Shown: piece by piece, positions 1 through 10,754 of the stretch
Numbering within the stretch: position 1 is the stretch's first letter
How the letters are laid out: every line of letters begins with the position of its first letter
Source of the DNA: an uncultured Pelagibacteraceae bacterium
GTDB lineage: Bacteria; Pseudomonadota; Alphaproteobacteria; Pelagibacterales; Pelagibacteraceae
Reading direction: 5' to 3'
NCBI GenBank assembly: GCA_902579985.1
Contig: CACHIV010000005.1
Span: 5,596-69,595, forward strand
DNA length: 64,000 nucleotides
Notes under the pieces: generated by a model
The model's database searches: none
The model's input: only the letters and a program-made list of their open reading frames with translations
Told to the model about the DNA's origin: nothing
Made by a program: the position numbers and the translations under genes

Positions 1-1338
1 ATTATCTGTTGCCATTTCTCTTTCACCCTGTAAAACTCTGATTGAGACTGCTGGCTGATTATCTTCTGCAGTTGAAAATACTTGGCTTTTTTTTGTAGGT
101 ATTGTTGTGTTTTTATCAATTAATTTTGTTGATACACCTCCAAGTGTTTCAATGCCTAAAGAAAGTGGAGTGACATCAAGTAAAAGAACGTCCTTTACAT
201 CTCCCTGCAAAACTCCTGCTTGAATAGCTGCTCCCATGGCAACTACTTCATCTGGGTTTACACTTTTATTTGGATCTTTTCCAAAGAAATTTTTTACTGT
301 TTCAATAACTTTTGGCATTCTAGTCATTCCACCAACCATTACTACTTCATTAATATCATTCGCAGTAAGACCAGCATCTTTTAAAGCTGTTTTGCATGGA
401 GGAAGTGTTTTAGTAATTAAATCTTCTACAAGAGCTTCTAATTTTGCTCTAGTCATTTTTAAATTAATATGTTTTGGTCCTGTTTTATCCGCAGTAATAA
501 AAGGAAGATTAACATCAGTTTGTTCTGCCGAAGATAATTCAATTTTAGCTTTTTCAGCAGCTTCTTTTAATCTTTGAAGAGCAAGCTTATCTGATTTTAA
601 ATCAATACCGTTATCTTTTTTAAATTCTGCGACTAGATAATCTACTATTGTGTTATCAAAATCTTCACCACCTAAAAAAGTATCTCCATTTGTAGATTTC
701 ACTTCAAATACACCGTCACCTAATTCAAGAATAGAAACATCAAAAGTTCCACCTCCTAAGTCATAGACAGCTATTTTCTTATTTGTTTTTTTATCTAAAC
801 CATATGCCAGTGAAGCTGCAGTTGGTTCGTTTATAATTCTTAATACTTCAAGCCCTGCAATTTTACCTGCATCTTTTGTAGCTTGTCTTTGAGCATCATT
901 GAAATATGCTGGTACAGTAATAACTGCTTTTGATACTTCTTGACCTAAATATTTTTCAGCAGTCTCTTTCATTTTTTGTAAGATGAAAGCAGATATTTGT
1001 GAAGGTGAATATTTTTGACCTTTTGCCTCTATCCAAGCATCTCCTTTTTCTGAATTTACTATTTTGAAAGGTGCGGATTGTATATCTTTTTTAACAGTTG
1101 GATCTTCAAAATTTCTACCAATTAATCTTTTGACAGCAAAAATTGTATTTTCTGGATTAGTTACTGCTTGTCTTTTTGCTGGTTGACCAATTAATTTTTC
1201 ATTTTCTTCTGTAAAAGCAACAACTGAGGGAGTTGTTCTTGCACCTTCAGCATTCTCTAATACTTTCGCTTGTGTTCCCTCCATAATAGCAACACATGAA
1301 TTTGTTGTTCCTAAATCTATACCAATAACTTTGCTCAT
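1..1338 (-). CDS. dnaK: Chaperone DnaK (Hsp70), 3' part runs off the window start
   Basis: Manual translation from ATG at 1338: [42 protein letters not shown], plus [18 protein letters not shown] and [10 protein letters not shown] motifs. Not in the ORF track because it is open at the window edge. Confidence 0.98.
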   Translation of the reverse strand, partial: MSKVIGIDLGTTNSCVAIMEGTQAKVLENAEGARTTPSVVAFTEENEKLIGQPAKRQAVTNPENTIFAVKRLIGRNFEDPTVKKDIQSAPFKIVNSEKGDAWIEAKGQKYSPSQISAFILQKMKETAEKYLGQEVSKAVITVPAYFNDAQRQATKDAGKIAGLEVLRIINEPTAASLAYGLDKKTNKKIAVYDLGGGTFDVSILELGDGVFEVKSTNGDTFLGGEDFDNTIVDYLVAEFKKDNGIDLKSDKLALQRLKEAAEKAKIELSSAEQTDVNLPFITADKTGPKHINLKMTRAKLEALVEDLITKTLPPCKTALKDAGLTANDINEVVMVGGMTRMPKVIETVKNFFGKDPNKSVNPDEVVAMGAAIQAGVLQGDVKDVLLLDVTPLSLGIETLGGVSTKLIDKNTTIPTKKSQVFSTAEDNQPAVSIRVLQGEREMATDN

Positions 1339-1360
1339 AATTATTTAAATCCTTGATTTC

Positions 1361-1388
1361 ATATAAGTGTTAATTTCTAATCTACAAG
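1361..1388 (-). promoter_or_regulatory. RpoH (sigma32) heat-shock promoter of dnaK
   Basis: Minus strand reads CTTG-tagattagaaattaaca(17 nt)-CTTATAT, matching the alphaproteobacterial RpoH consensus CTTG-N17-CYTATNT, 22 nt upstream of the dnaK ATG. Confidence 0.75.
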
Positions 1389-1400
1389 TTCATTTAAACC

Positions 1401-2042
1401 TTATTTAGACTCTTTTTTTTCCTTATTTTCCTCACTTTTTTGATCTGTATTTTTAGATTTTTTTGAAACGCCAACTAAAGATGGTCTAAGCAGCCTATCA
1501 TTCATCATAAATCCTTTTTGAATTTCCTGAATTATTGTACCAGGTTCTTTGTGATTATCTTCAATTTCCATCATTGCTTGATGTAGATTTGGATCTAGTT
1601 TTTTACCGATTGACTCAATAGGTTTAATACCATTTTTTGATAAAATAGATACCATATCTTTGTTAATAATTTCAAAATGTTCTAAAGTTTTTTTTAATGC
1701 TATTGAGTCTTTTAAAGCAACATCATTTTTTAGTATTTGTTTTGATCTTTCTAAATTATCTATTAAATTTAATGTTTCTTTTGCAAAAGAAAATCCACCA
1801 TAATTAAATGCATCATCTCTTTCTTTTTCAAATCTTCTTCTTTGGTTTTCCATTTCTGCAAGAGTTCTTGTTAACTTATCTTCTAATTCAATTAATTTCT
1901 CTTCAGGAGAGTTATCTTTTTTATTCTCATTTTTTTCTATAGTGCTTTTTTTTGACTCATCGTCATTATTTTTATTTTTAAACTCAAGATCTTTTTCATC
2001 AGAACCTTGATTTTTATTATCGATGTTTTTGTCTTTTTCCAT
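1401..2042 (-). CDS. grpE: Nucleotide exchange factor GrpE
   Basis: AEMENQRRR, LDPNLHQAMM and IQKGFMMNDRLLRPSLVGVSK motifs; directly upstream of dnaK. Confidence 0.97.
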   Translation of the reverse strand: MEKDKNIDNKNQGSDEKDLEFKNKNNDDESKKSTIEKNENKKDNSPEEKLIELEDKLTRTLAEMENQRRRFEKERDDAFNYGGFSFAKETLNLIDNLERSKQILKNDVALKDSIALKKTLEHFEIINKDMVSILSKNGIKPIESIGKKLDPNLHQAMMEIEDNHKEPGTIIQEIQKGFMMNDRLLRPSLVGVSKKSKNTDQKSEENKEKKESK

Positions 2043-2078
2043 TAATACTTATATGGTATGAAATTTAATAATTGCTAG

Positions 2079-2681
2079 ATGTTAAATAAAAAAATCACAG
2101 AATTATTAGTTGGAACAAATAATAACGGTAAACTTAGAGAAATTAAGGATTTATTACCAAAAAAACTCAAAATTTACTCACCTTCTGATTTTAATATCAA
2201 GAGTCCAATTGAAAATGGCAAGACGTTTAAAGAAAACTCTTTGATTAAGGCTAGATATTTTTCTAAAAAATCAAAAATGATTTGTTTATCAGATGACTCT
2301 GGTTTGGAAATTGGTATTTTAAAAGGTAGCCCAGGCATTTACTCTGCTAGGTGGGGAGGAAAAAAAGGAAATTTTAAAAAAGCAATGAAAAAAGTTTTTA
2401 AAGAGTTAGATAGAAAATCTAAAAATTGGAGAGAAAAAAAAATTAAAGCTAGATTTGTTTGTGCTTTAACTATTTATATTCCTGGTAAAAAAGTTATAAC
2501 TTCTATTGGTAAAATTGAGGGTTCAATTTCAAATTCTATGAAAGGAAAAAATGGATTTGGTTATGATCCTATTTTTATACCAAAAGGTAAAAAAATTACT
2601 TTTGGTGAAATGAGGCCATCTGAGAAGTATAGAATAGATCATAGGTTTAGAGCTTTTAAGAAAATTAAAAAATTTTTTTAA
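2079..2681 (+). CDS. rdgB: Non-canonical purine NTP pyrophosphatase (RdgB/HAM1)
   Basis: GTNNNGKLREI, ENGKTFKENSLIKA, SDDSGLEI, GFGYDPIF and HRFRAF motifs. Confidence 0.96.
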   Translation: MLNKKITELLVGTNNNGKLREIKDLLPKKLKIYSPSDFNIKSPIENGKTFKENSLIKARYFSKKSKMICLSDDSGLEIGILKGSPGIYSARWGGKKGNFKKAMKKVFKELDRKSKNWREKKIKARFVCALTIYIPGKKVITSIGKIEGSISNSMKGKNGFGYDPIFIPKGKKITFGEMRPSEKYRIDHRFRAFKKIKKFF

Positions 2682-3816
2682 AAACATTATTTTCAATTTT
2701 ATAAAAATTAAGGATATGATTAATTTTATTGTTTTTTATCTCAAAAATTCCAATTTTTCCTTTAAATAAAGTTTTTTCAGTAAAAATTTTTTCATTAATT
2801 ATTAAATCATTTTGAAGCATTAAATAATAAATGAGCCCAACTAAATCAAAACTTAAAAATGATAATTGATTTGGATATTTATTAAATTTTTCAAAATATT
2901 CTTTTTTAAAATCTTCATAATTATCTCTATTTATAGATGGAAAATAAAGTGGTTGTGAACTAGTTTCCTTCAGTAGAGACTCATCAAACCATTGATTAAG
3001 AGTTATGAAATATTTTTTTTTAGGTGATATATCTGTATATAATAATGATGTTGTAACACTTTTTAAACTTTCATCAAAATCTGCAATTATTATAGAGTCA
3101 AAATTTACACTACCAAGAGTATCCCTTTTTTTTAATTTTTCAATAAGTAGGTCATTTTTAGCCTCATTTAATTTTTCAAGTCTATTTATTTCATCTTCAA
3201 GATTTTGTTTTCTTATTTTATAACGTGTAATCTTTTCAATTTGTTTAGTAAGTTTAGTAGGGTCAGTACTGTAAATATGATTTTTTATTATTTTTATTTT
3301 AGAATTTGAAATTGCTCTAGTAATTTCCTTTTTGTATTCTACATCTGGGGTTAAAAAAATAGTTTTTTTTATTTCATTTAGTTCTATAAATTTTTTGATT
3401 GCCTTTATTTGTGATGTAGAATTTATTCCTGTATTAATGATATTTTTTGAAGCATAAGTACTCTTATTTGTTAATGATAAAAAAAAAATATTATTTAAAT
3501 CATCAAGATAAATTAAATTTTTATTAAAAACTGGACCAATTACAATTTTAACTCCTAAATCTGATAATTCTTTTGCTGCTTTTAAGGTTTTTTCAGGGTT
3601 AGATTCAGTATCTTTAGGTATAATTTCAATAGATAAATTGTTTATTTTGTTTATAGCCAATTGAGTAGATTTAATTATAGATTTGCCAATCTCAGAATTT
3701 TTGCCGGTTATTGGAACTAATAATCCAATCTTAATTTTTTCACTAGCAAATAGTTTTTCTGTATAAATTAAAAATGGTATAGCAAGTAGCAATATAATTT
3801 TGATAATTTTCTTCAT
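2665..3816 (-). CDS. Exported periplasmic-binding-fold protein, LpoA/LppC-like (penicillin-binding protein activator family)
   Basis: Signal peptide, then KIGLLVPITG and VKIVIGPVF (type I PBP fold); divergent from rsmI as with lpoA-like genes. Confidence 0.65.
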   Translation of the reverse strand: MKKIIKIILLLAIPFLIYTEKLFASEKIKIGLLVPITGKNSEIGKSIIKSTQLAINKINNLSIEIIPKDTESNPEKTLKAAKELSDLGVKIVIGPVFNKNLIYLDDLNNIFFLSLTNKSTYASKNIINTGINSTSQIKAIKKFIELNEIKKTIFLTPDVEYKKEITRAISNSKIKIIKNHIYSTDPTKLTKQIEKITRYKIRKQNLEDEINRLEKLNEAKNDLLIEKLKKRDTLGSVNFDSIIIADFDESLKSVTTSLLYTDISPKKKYFITLNQWFDESLLKETSSQPLYFPSINRDNYEDFKKEYFEKFNKYPNQLSFLSFDLVGLIYYLMLQNDLIINEKIFTEKTLFKGKIGIFEIKNNKINHILNFYKIENNVFKKIF

Positions 3817-3845
3817 TTTAATGTTATTATTATAACGATTATATT

Positions 3846-4712
3846 GTGATGATTCTACATTCTGAAAATAAAAATAATAAAGTTAGAAATGGTTTATATA
3901 TCGTTTCTACTCCTATAGGAAATTTAGATGATATTACACTAAGAGCTATAGATGTTCTAAAAAAATCAGACTATATATTGTGTGAAGATACTCGAACTTC
4001 AAAAAAATTACTTAATAGATATAAAATTAATTCAAAGCTAATTTCAAATCATAAGTTTAATGAAAAAAGCAATATATCAAAAATAATTGAAATTATTAAA
4101 TTAGATCAAGTTGTATCTCTGATTTCAGACGCTGGAACACCTGCAATTTCTGATCCTGGTGCTATATTAATAAATGAGTGTGTAAAGAATAATATTAATA
4201 TTTATCCAATATCTGGTGCATCAGCTGTTTCTACAGCTGTATCAATTAGTGGTTTTGATGAAAAATATTTTTTTTATGGTTTTTTTCCTGAAAAAAATAA
4301 TAGATTAAAAAAAGATTTTGAGTATTTGATAAATTTTGATTGTTGTATAGTTTTTTTTATCTCTCCAAAAAAGTTTAATAAGTCTGTTGAAAAAATTAAA
4401 AAATATTTTTCTGGTAGAAAAATTTTGATATGCAGAGAAATGACTAAGTTTTTTGAAGAATATATTAGAACTAATGTTGATGATCTTAAGCCTTTTAAGT
4501 CAGATCCAAAAGGAGAATTAACAATAGTTATTTCCGAAAAATTAAAAGAAAAAAAAAATTCGATAATTTTAAAAGAGTCTGATAAAAAGATAATTCAGAA
4601 AATGATTAAAAAAATGAGTATAAAAGATATCACTGATTTAATCAGTCAGAATACTAATGTTTCTAAAAATGAAATTTATAAATATTGTCTCAAATTAAAA
4701 AATGAAAAATAA
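3846..4712 (+). CDS. rsmI: 16S rRNA (cytidine1402-2'-O)-methyltransferase
   Basis: LYIVSTPIGNLDDITLRA, CEDTRTS and ISDAGTPAISDPG motifs. Confidence 0.97.
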   Translation: MMILHSENKNNKVRNGLYIVSTPIGNLDDITLRAIDVLKKSDYILCEDTRTSKKLLNRYKINSKLISNHKFNEKSNISKIIEIIKLDQVVSLISDAGTPAISDPGAILINECVKNNINIYPISGASAVSTAVSISGFDEKYFFYGFFPEKNNRLKKDFEYLINFDCCIVFFISPKKFNKSVEKIKKYFSGRKILICREMTKFFEEYIRTNVDDLKPFKSDPKGELTIVISEKLKEKKNSIILKESDKKIIQKMIKKMSIKDITDLISQNTNVSKNEIYKYCLKLKNEK

Positions 4713-5295
4713 AATTATTTTAATTTGTATAATTTTTTTGTTATTTTCTTCGTGTGCTGGAATAAGCTCTAAAGGTGTTTTCGGAACAGGAGTTAGTGTT
4801 GCCTTTGACCCAAGGTCTATTGGCACTCAAATAGATGATTCAGTGATGCAAAAAAATGTAACTGGTAGATTAGCATTGAGAGATAAAAAATATATAATTT
4901 CAGTAAAAACAAAAGTTTTGGATGGAAGAATTTTTTTGACTGGATCAGTGGACAATCCAGAAGAAAAACTTCAAATTACTAAGTTGGCATGGGAAACTAA
5001 AGGAGTAAGATCAGTTAGAAATGATTTAAAATTAAAAGAAAATTTTAATTTTAAACAGTCAGCTAAAGATTTATTGATAACTTCTCAACTGCGAACTGCT
5101 TTAATACTTAATAAAGAAATTAAATCATCTAATTACCAAATAGATACATATAAGAAAAAAATATTTATCTATGGTATCTCGCTATCTTCTGAAGAAAGAA
5201 AAAAAGTAATAATTGAAGCAAAAGAAATAGTTGATGTAAAAGATGTTGTTGCTAGTATTTTACTAGTAGAAGATTTAAGAATTCAAAAAGATTAA
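4702..5295 (+). CDS. BON-domain lipoprotein (OsmY/DolP-like)
   Basis: Lipobox-like FSSC; DPRSIGTQIDD followed by two BON repeats; sits after rsmI as dolP/yraP does. Confidence 0.85.
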   Translation: MKNKIILICIIFLLFSSCAGISSKGVFGTGVSVAFDPRSIGTQIDDSVMQKNVTGRLALRDKKYIISVKTKVLDGRIFLTGSVDNPEEKLQITKLAWETKGVRSVRNDLKLKENFNFKQSAKDLLITSQLRTALILNKEIKSSNYQIDTYKKKIFIYGISLSSEERKKVIIEAKEIVDVKDVVASILLVEDLRIQKD

Positions 5296-7577
5296 TTTTT
5301 TTTATAATCAATAACATCCGCTGAATATGCTGCGATTGACGCTAGGTTGATTATTTCGGAGGTAGATGATCTTAAAGGTGCTATCTCTATTGGTTGACCT
5401 AAACCAATTAGTAGTGGACCAATAACTTTTGTTTCACCCAAGGTTTTCATTAATTTATAAGAAATTGCAGCACTATGTTGTCCTGGCATTATCAATATAT
5501 TTGCATTACCTACGATTTCTGAAAAAGGATAAAGTTCTTTATATTCCTCATTAAGCGCTACATCAGGTTGCATGTCTCCATCAAATTTAAAATCTACATT
5601 TTTGTTTCTTAAAATTTCAACAGCTTTTTTAATATGTTTAGTTCTATTAGTAAGAGGTTGTCCAAAAGTCGAATGAGAAACAAAGGCAACTTTAGGAACA
5701 AATCCAAATAGTTTTGCTACTCTAGAAGAAGAAATTGCAATTTCTGCAAGTTGTTCAGAACTTGGGTATTCATGAACACTAGTATCACCAATAAATATAG
5801 TTCTTCCTTTATAAACAACTAAATTTAATCCAAACATTATCTCTCCTGGTCTAGGGTCTACAACTTGTTTGATTTTATCTAAAGATGCACCAAATCTTCT
5901 TGTATTTCCTGTAATAGCTCCATCAGCATCCCCACAAGCTACCATACAAGATGCCCAGATAACACGGTCATTTCTTACGAGTCTATCGCAATCTCTTTCT
6001 AAAAGACCTTGTTCTCTTTGCATTTTTTTAAATAGGTAATCAACGTATTTTTCTCGTTTTTTAGTATCTGTGGAATTTATAATTTCAATGCCAAAATGAT
6101 CACTGAAGCCAATCTTTTTTAATTGATCTTTAATTTTTTGTTTTTTACCAACTAATATAGGAGTTCCTAATTTTGAATTTTTAAATGCTATTGCAGCTTT
6201 TAAAGTATTTTCGTCTTCACCATCTGCAAAAACAATTTTTTTTTGATTTTTTTTAATATAAGAATTGATACCTTGCATTATTGCTAGAGACGGATTGAGT
6301 CTTTGTTTAAGTTGTTCTTTATATATTTCGAAATCATCGATATCTTTTCTTGCAACTCCAGTGTCCATAGCAGCTTTTGCTACAGCTGCTGGAATAATGC
6401 TCATCAATCTTGGATCAAAGGTTGAGGGTATAATATAATCTTTTCCATAATGAGGTCTTTCCCCTCCCATAGCAGCAACCACTTCATCTGGCACGTCTTC
6501 TCTTGTTAGTTTTGCTATAGCTTTAGCTGCAGCTATTTTCATTTCTTCATTAATTGTTTTTGCTCTCACATCCAGAGCACCTCTAAAAACATATGGAAAT
6601 CCAATCAAATTATTCACTTGATTTGGGTAATCTGATCTTCCAGTTGCAATAATTGCATCATCTCTAACTTCATTTACTTCTTCAGGTTTAATTTCAGGAT
6701 CTGGGTTTGCACATGCAAAAATTATAGGATTTTTTGACATTTTTTTTACCATATTTTTTGTAAGAATGCCCTTTGCAGATAAACCTAAAAATACATCAGC
6801 CCCTTTGATTGCATCTTCTAAAGTTCTGAATTTTGTATCTACAGCATGAGTTGATTTCCATTGATTTAATTTTTTTCTTCCTCGATAGATAACACCTGAT
6901 CTATCAACCATAATTATATTTTTCTGTGGTACTCCACTATTTTTAAATAAGTTAGCACAAGACATTGCTGATGCACCTGCACCGTTTATAACAATCTTAA
7001 TTTTTTTTATTGATTTACGAGATATATCTAATGCATTAATTAATGCAGCTGTAGTGATAATTGCAGTCCCATGTTGATCATCATGAAAAACAGGAATATC
7101 CAAAATTTCTTTTAATTTATCTTCAATAATAAAACAATCAGGAGCTGCGATATCTTCTAAATTTATTCCACCAAAGCTACATGCAATACTTTTTATGGTA
7201 TTGATAATTTCATCTGTATCTTTAGAATCTATTTCTAAATCAATAGAATCTATATCAGCAAATCTTTTGAATAGAATTGCTTTTCCTTCCATAACTGGTT
7301 TTGAGGCAAGTGCTCCTAAATTTCCCATTCCAAGGATAGCGGATCCATTACTTACTACAGCAACCAAATTTCCTTTCGAAGTATAATCAAAAGCAGTGTC
7401 TGGATTTACAGAAATAGCTTTAACAGGAGCTGCTACTCCAGGAGAATAAGCTAATGCCAAATCTCTTTTTGTAGTCATTGGTTTTGAAGAATTAATCTCA
7501 ATTTTTCCAGGTTTACCTTTAATATGGAAATCCAAGGCTTCCTTGTCGGTATAATGATCTATTTTAGTTTTTTTCAT
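5292..7577 (-). CDS. maeB: NADP-dependent malic enzyme with C-terminal phosphotransacetylase-like domain
   Basis: LALAYSPGVA, KPVMEGKA, FHDDQHGTAI and TGRSDYPNQVNN motifs; C-terminal FADGED and FDGDMQPD PTA-like region; 761 aa. Confidence 0.96.
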   Translation of the reverse strand: MKKTKIDHYTDKEALDFHIKGKPGKIEINSSKPMTTKRDLALAYSPGVAAPVKAISVNPDTAFDYTSKGNLVAVVSNGSAILGMGNLGALASKPVMEGKAILFKRFADIDSIDLEIDSKDTDEIINTIKSIACSFGGINLEDIAAPDCFIIEDKLKEILDIPVFHDDQHGTAIITTAALINALDISRKSIKKIKIVINGAGASAMSCANLFKNSGVPQKNIIMVDRSGVIYRGRKKLNQWKSTHAVDTKFRTLEDAIKGADVFLGLSAKGILTKNMVKKMSKNPIIFACANPDPEIKPEEVNEVRDDAIIATGRSDYPNQVNNLIGFPYVFRGALDVRAKTINEEMKIAAAKAIAKLTREDVPDEVVAAMGGERPHYGKDYIIPSTFDPRLMSIIPAAVAKAAMDTGVARKDIDDFEIYKEQLKQRLNPSLAIMQGINSYIKKNQKKIVFADGEDENTLKAAIAFKNSKLGTPILVGKKQKIKDQLKKIGFSDHFGIEIINSTDTKKREKYVDYLFKKMQREQGLLERDCDRLVRNDRVIWASCMVACGDADGAITGNTRRFGASLDKIKQVVDPRPGEIMFGLNLVVYKGRTIFIGDTSVHEYPSSEQLAEIAISSSRVAKLFGFVPKVAFVSHSTFGQPLTNRTKHIKKAVEILRNKNVDFKFDGDMQPDVALNEEYKELYPFSEIVGNANILIMPGQHSAAISYKLMKTLGETKVIGPLLIGLGQPIEIAPLRSSTSEIINLASIAAYSADVIDYKKN

Positions 7578-7627
7578 TTATGTTAATTAGATATACAATT
7601 GGAGCAAATTTAAGACTAATATGATTT

Positions 7628-9151
7628 ATGAACATAATTAAGTCAACAGGCACATTTAGTTTTTTTACTATAATAAGTAGATTGCTTGGTTATTTAAGAG
7701 ATATATTAATTGCTATATTTCTTGGCGCAGGTCCTATTGCTGATGCCTTTTTTGTTGCATTTAGAATCCCTAATACGTTTAGAAGATTATTTTCTGAAGG
7801 AACTTTTAATGCTGCTTTTATTCCGAGCTATTCGTCCTTGTTAAATAAAAAAAAATCTGAAAACTTCGCTAATAATATTTTCAGTTTGCTTATTTTAGGA
7901 TTACTTTTTTTAACTATTATAATTGAGATATTTGCACCATTATTCGTATTTTTGATTGCCCCAGGTTTTGAGTCAGATTACGAAAAAATGGAACTAGCAA
8001 TAAAATTAACCAGGATAACGATTCCTTTTTTGTTATTTATAAGTTTAGCATCTTTTTTTTCTGCAATTTTAAATTCGCATAACAAATTTGCAATTGCCTC
8101 AGCAGCTCCAATTATTTTAAATATTTTACTAATTGGAGTATTATTTTTTGGTAAAATTTTAAATGATAAATTAGTCTATTATTTATCTTTTGCAATTACA
8201 TTATCAGGAATATTACAATTTATATTTTTATTTTTTTTCGTCAAAAAATATTACTCACCTCATTTTAAGGTATTCATTAAAATAGATCAAAAAATTAAAA
8301 CATTTTTTAAAAAATTATTACCAAGTATTTTTTCATCAGGTGTTACTCAAATAAATATTTTAGTAGGAACAATTATTGCATCTTTTCAGGCTAGTGCAGT
8401 TTCTTATCTTTATTATGCTGATAGAGTTTATCAAATAAATCTTGCTATAGCTGGTATCGCAATTGGTACAGTAATACTTCCCCAACTTTCGAGACATGTT
8501 CAAAATAAAAAAAAAGATAAAATTGACTTAATACAAAATAAATCTTTAGAATTAAGTTTATTTTTAAGTATACCTGCGGCAATCGCTTTATTGATAGCTT
8601 CCGAACAGATTATTTCTTCCTTATTTGGCTATGGCTCATTTGATGAAGATAGTGTTAAGAATTCAGCTGAAGCATTATTCTATTTTGCATTAGGATTACC
8701 AGCATTTTCTTTAATAAAAGTTTTTTCTACATTTTTTTTTGCAAGACATAATACTAAAACTCCTTTTTATATTTCTTTGGTTTCTGTTTTGTTGAATATT
8801 TTAATCAGTGTTTCACTTTTTAGACAAATTGGTTTTTTAATTATACCTATAGCAACTACGATCTCCTCATGGTTCAACGTGACTTTATTATTTTTAATAC
8901 TAAGAAAAAGAAAATTATTTAGTTTTAATCTAATTTTTATTAATACAATTATTAAGATCTTATTCGCTTCAATTTTAATGGGAATATTATTCTATTACTT
9001 AATTAACTTTTTTGATAATAAATTTTTATACGAGGAAGTTCTAAAATCAATATATCTTATTGGTTCAATGATATTAGGAATTATGTTTTATTTTTTTCTA
9101 TCAATTTTTATCAAAGCTTTTAAAATTAGTGATATAAGTTTAAAGTACTAA
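7628..9151 (+). CDS. murJ: Lipid II flippase MurJ (MviN)
   Basis: SRLLGYLRD, ADAFFVAFRIPNTFRRLFSEG and LYYADRVYQ motifs; polytopic membrane protein. Confidence 0.96.
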   Translation: MNIIKSTGTFSFFTIISRLLGYLRDILIAIFLGAGPIADAFFVAFRIPNTFRRLFSEGTFNAAFIPSYSSLLNKKKSENFANNIFSLLILGLLFLTIIIEIFAPLFVFLIAPGFESDYEKMELAIKLTRITIPFLLFISLASFFSAILNSHNKFAIASAAPIILNILLIGVLFFGKILNDKLVYYLSFAITLSGILQFIFLFFFVKKYYSPHFKVFIKIDQKIKTFFKKLLPSIFSSGVTQINILVGTIIASFQASAVSYLYYADRVYQINLAIAGIAIGTVILPQLSRHVQNKKKDKIDLIQNKSLELSLFLSIPAAIALLIASEQIISSLFGYGSFDEDSVKNSAEALFYFALGLPAFSLIKVFSTFFFARHNTKTPFYISLVSVLLNILISVSLFRQIGFLIIPIATTISSWFNVTLLFLILRKRKLFSFNLIFINTIIKILFASILMGILFYYLINFFDNKFLYEEVLKSIYLIGSMILGIMFYFFLSIFIKAFKISDISLKY

Positions 9152-9153
9152 TT

Positions 9154-10155
9154 ATGAGTAAAAAAATTTTTTCAGGAGTTCAACCTACAGGAAATCTTCA
9201 TCTAGGAAACTATTTGGGAGCTATTAAAAATTTTGTTGAACTAAGTAGTGGGAAAGATAATCAATGTATTTTCTGTGTTGTAGATTTACATGCTATAACA
9301 GTTAAACAAAATCCAAAAGAACTGAAAAAAAATATTAGAGAAACTGCAGCCACTTTTATTGCAAGTGGGATAGATCCAAATCAAAGCATTATTTTTAATC
9401 AATCAATGGTTTCTGCTCATGCGGAGGCGGCTTGGATTTTAAGTTGTGTTTCAAAAATTGGATGGCTTAATAGAATGACACAATTTAAAGAGAAAGCTGG
9501 AAAGGACAAAGAAAAAGCTAGTATTGGTCTTTATTCTTATCCTGTTTTAATGGCAGCTGATATACTTTTGTATGATGCAACTCATGTTCCTGTAGGTGAT
9601 GATCAAAAACAACATTTAGAGCTTTGCAGAGATATAGCTCAAAAATTTAATAATGATTATAATGTCACTGACTTTTTACAAGTACCAGAACCGTTAATAC
9701 ATAAAAAATTTTCAAGAATAATGAGTCTTAAGGATGGAAAAAAAAAAATGAGTAAATCAGATCCTTCAGATTTGAGTAGAATAAATCTTACAGATCAAAA
9801 AGATGAAATAGTAAACAAAATAAAGAAAGCAAAAACAGATAACTCATTAATGCCAGAAAATTCTAAAAATCTAAACAAAAGACCAGAGGTAGAAAATCTA
9901 TTAGGTATTTATTCAAGTTTAAAAAACCAAAATTTAGAAGAGTCTATTAATGAATTTCAAAGAAAAAATTTTTCTGAATTCAAAGAAAAATTATCAGATG
10001 TACTTGTTGAAAAAATTGATCCAATTTCAAAAGAAATAAAAAAGTTATTAGATGATGTAAAATATTTAGATAAAATTTTATTAGAAGGCTCGAATAAAGC
10101 TAATGAAATTGCCTCAAAAAAGATTAAAGAAATAAGAAAATTAGTAGGTTTTTAA
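9154..10155 (+). CDS. trpS: Tryptophan--tRNA ligase
   Basis: FSGVQPTGNLHLGNY (HIGH-like), VPVGDDQKQHLE and KMSKS motifs. Confidence 0.98.
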   Translation: MSKKIFSGVQPTGNLHLGNYLGAIKNFVELSSGKDNQCIFCVVDLHAITVKQNPKELKKNIRETAATFIASGIDPNQSIIFNQSMVSAHAEAAWILSCVSKIGWLNRMTQFKEKAGKDKEKASIGLYSYPVLMAADILLYDATHVPVGDDQKQHLELCRDIAQKFNNDYNVTDFLQVPEPLIHKKFSRIMSLKDGKKKMSKSDPSDLSRINLTDQKDEIVNKIKKAKTDNSLMPENSKNLNKRPEVENLLGIYSSLKNQNLEESINEFQRKNFSEFKEKLSDVLVEKIDPISKEIKKLLDDVKYLDKILLEGSNKANEIASKKIKEIRKLVGF

Positions 10156-10209
10156 AAAAATATATTAATATTGGTTTAAATTTTTTTATTTATTACTATA
10201 TATAGAGTA

Positions 10210-10752
10210 ATGTTCATTCAAACTGAAATTACCCCAAATCCTAATTCACTCAAGTTTTTGCCTGGAAAAGTTGTTTCAAATAATGGTTCGTTTGAAGTAA
10301 CAAAAAAAGAGGATACAAATAACGAACTATTAAAAAGCATTTTATCAATTAATGGAGTAGAGGGTATATTTTTAGGAGAAGACTTTTTATCTATTAACAA
10401 GAAACAAGAGACGAATTGGGATGATATAAAGCATATAATTATTTCATTAATCAATGACCATTATTCAATGGGAAAAGAATTTATAGTTGTAAATGAGTTA
10501 AAAGAAGAAAAAAAAGCTAATCATAATGAAATAGAAAAAAAAATCATAAATATTTTAGAAACAAAAATTAGACCTGCTGTTGCCAAAGATGGTGGAGATA
10601 TAAAATTTAAAGAATTTAAAAAAGGTATTGTTAAAGTAGAATTACAAGGAAGCTGTTCAGGTTGTCCAAGTTCAACTATGACTCTTAAGCAAGGAGTAAA
10701 AAATCTATTGTGTCATTATTTACCTGAAGTGAAAGAAGTAGAAGCAGTATAA
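10210..10752 (+). CDS. nfuA: NifU/NfuA family Fe-S cluster carrier
   Basis: MFIQTEITPNPNSLKF N-terminal scaffold domain; IRPAVAKDGGD and GSCSGCPSS (CxxC) motifs. Confidence 0.9.
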   Translation: MFIQTEITPNPNSLKFLPGKVVSNNGSFEVTKKEDTNNELLKSILSINGVEGIFLGEDFLSINKKQETNWDDIKHIIISLINDHYSMGKEFIVVNELKEEKKANHNEIEKKIINILETKIRPAVAKDGGDIKFKEFKKGIVKVELQGSCSGCPSSTMTLKQGVKNLLCHYLPEVKEVEAV

Positions 10753-10754
10753 AT

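Noticed and set aside
236-577. 113-aa + strand ORF in the track
   Set aside because: Antisense shadow of dnaK.
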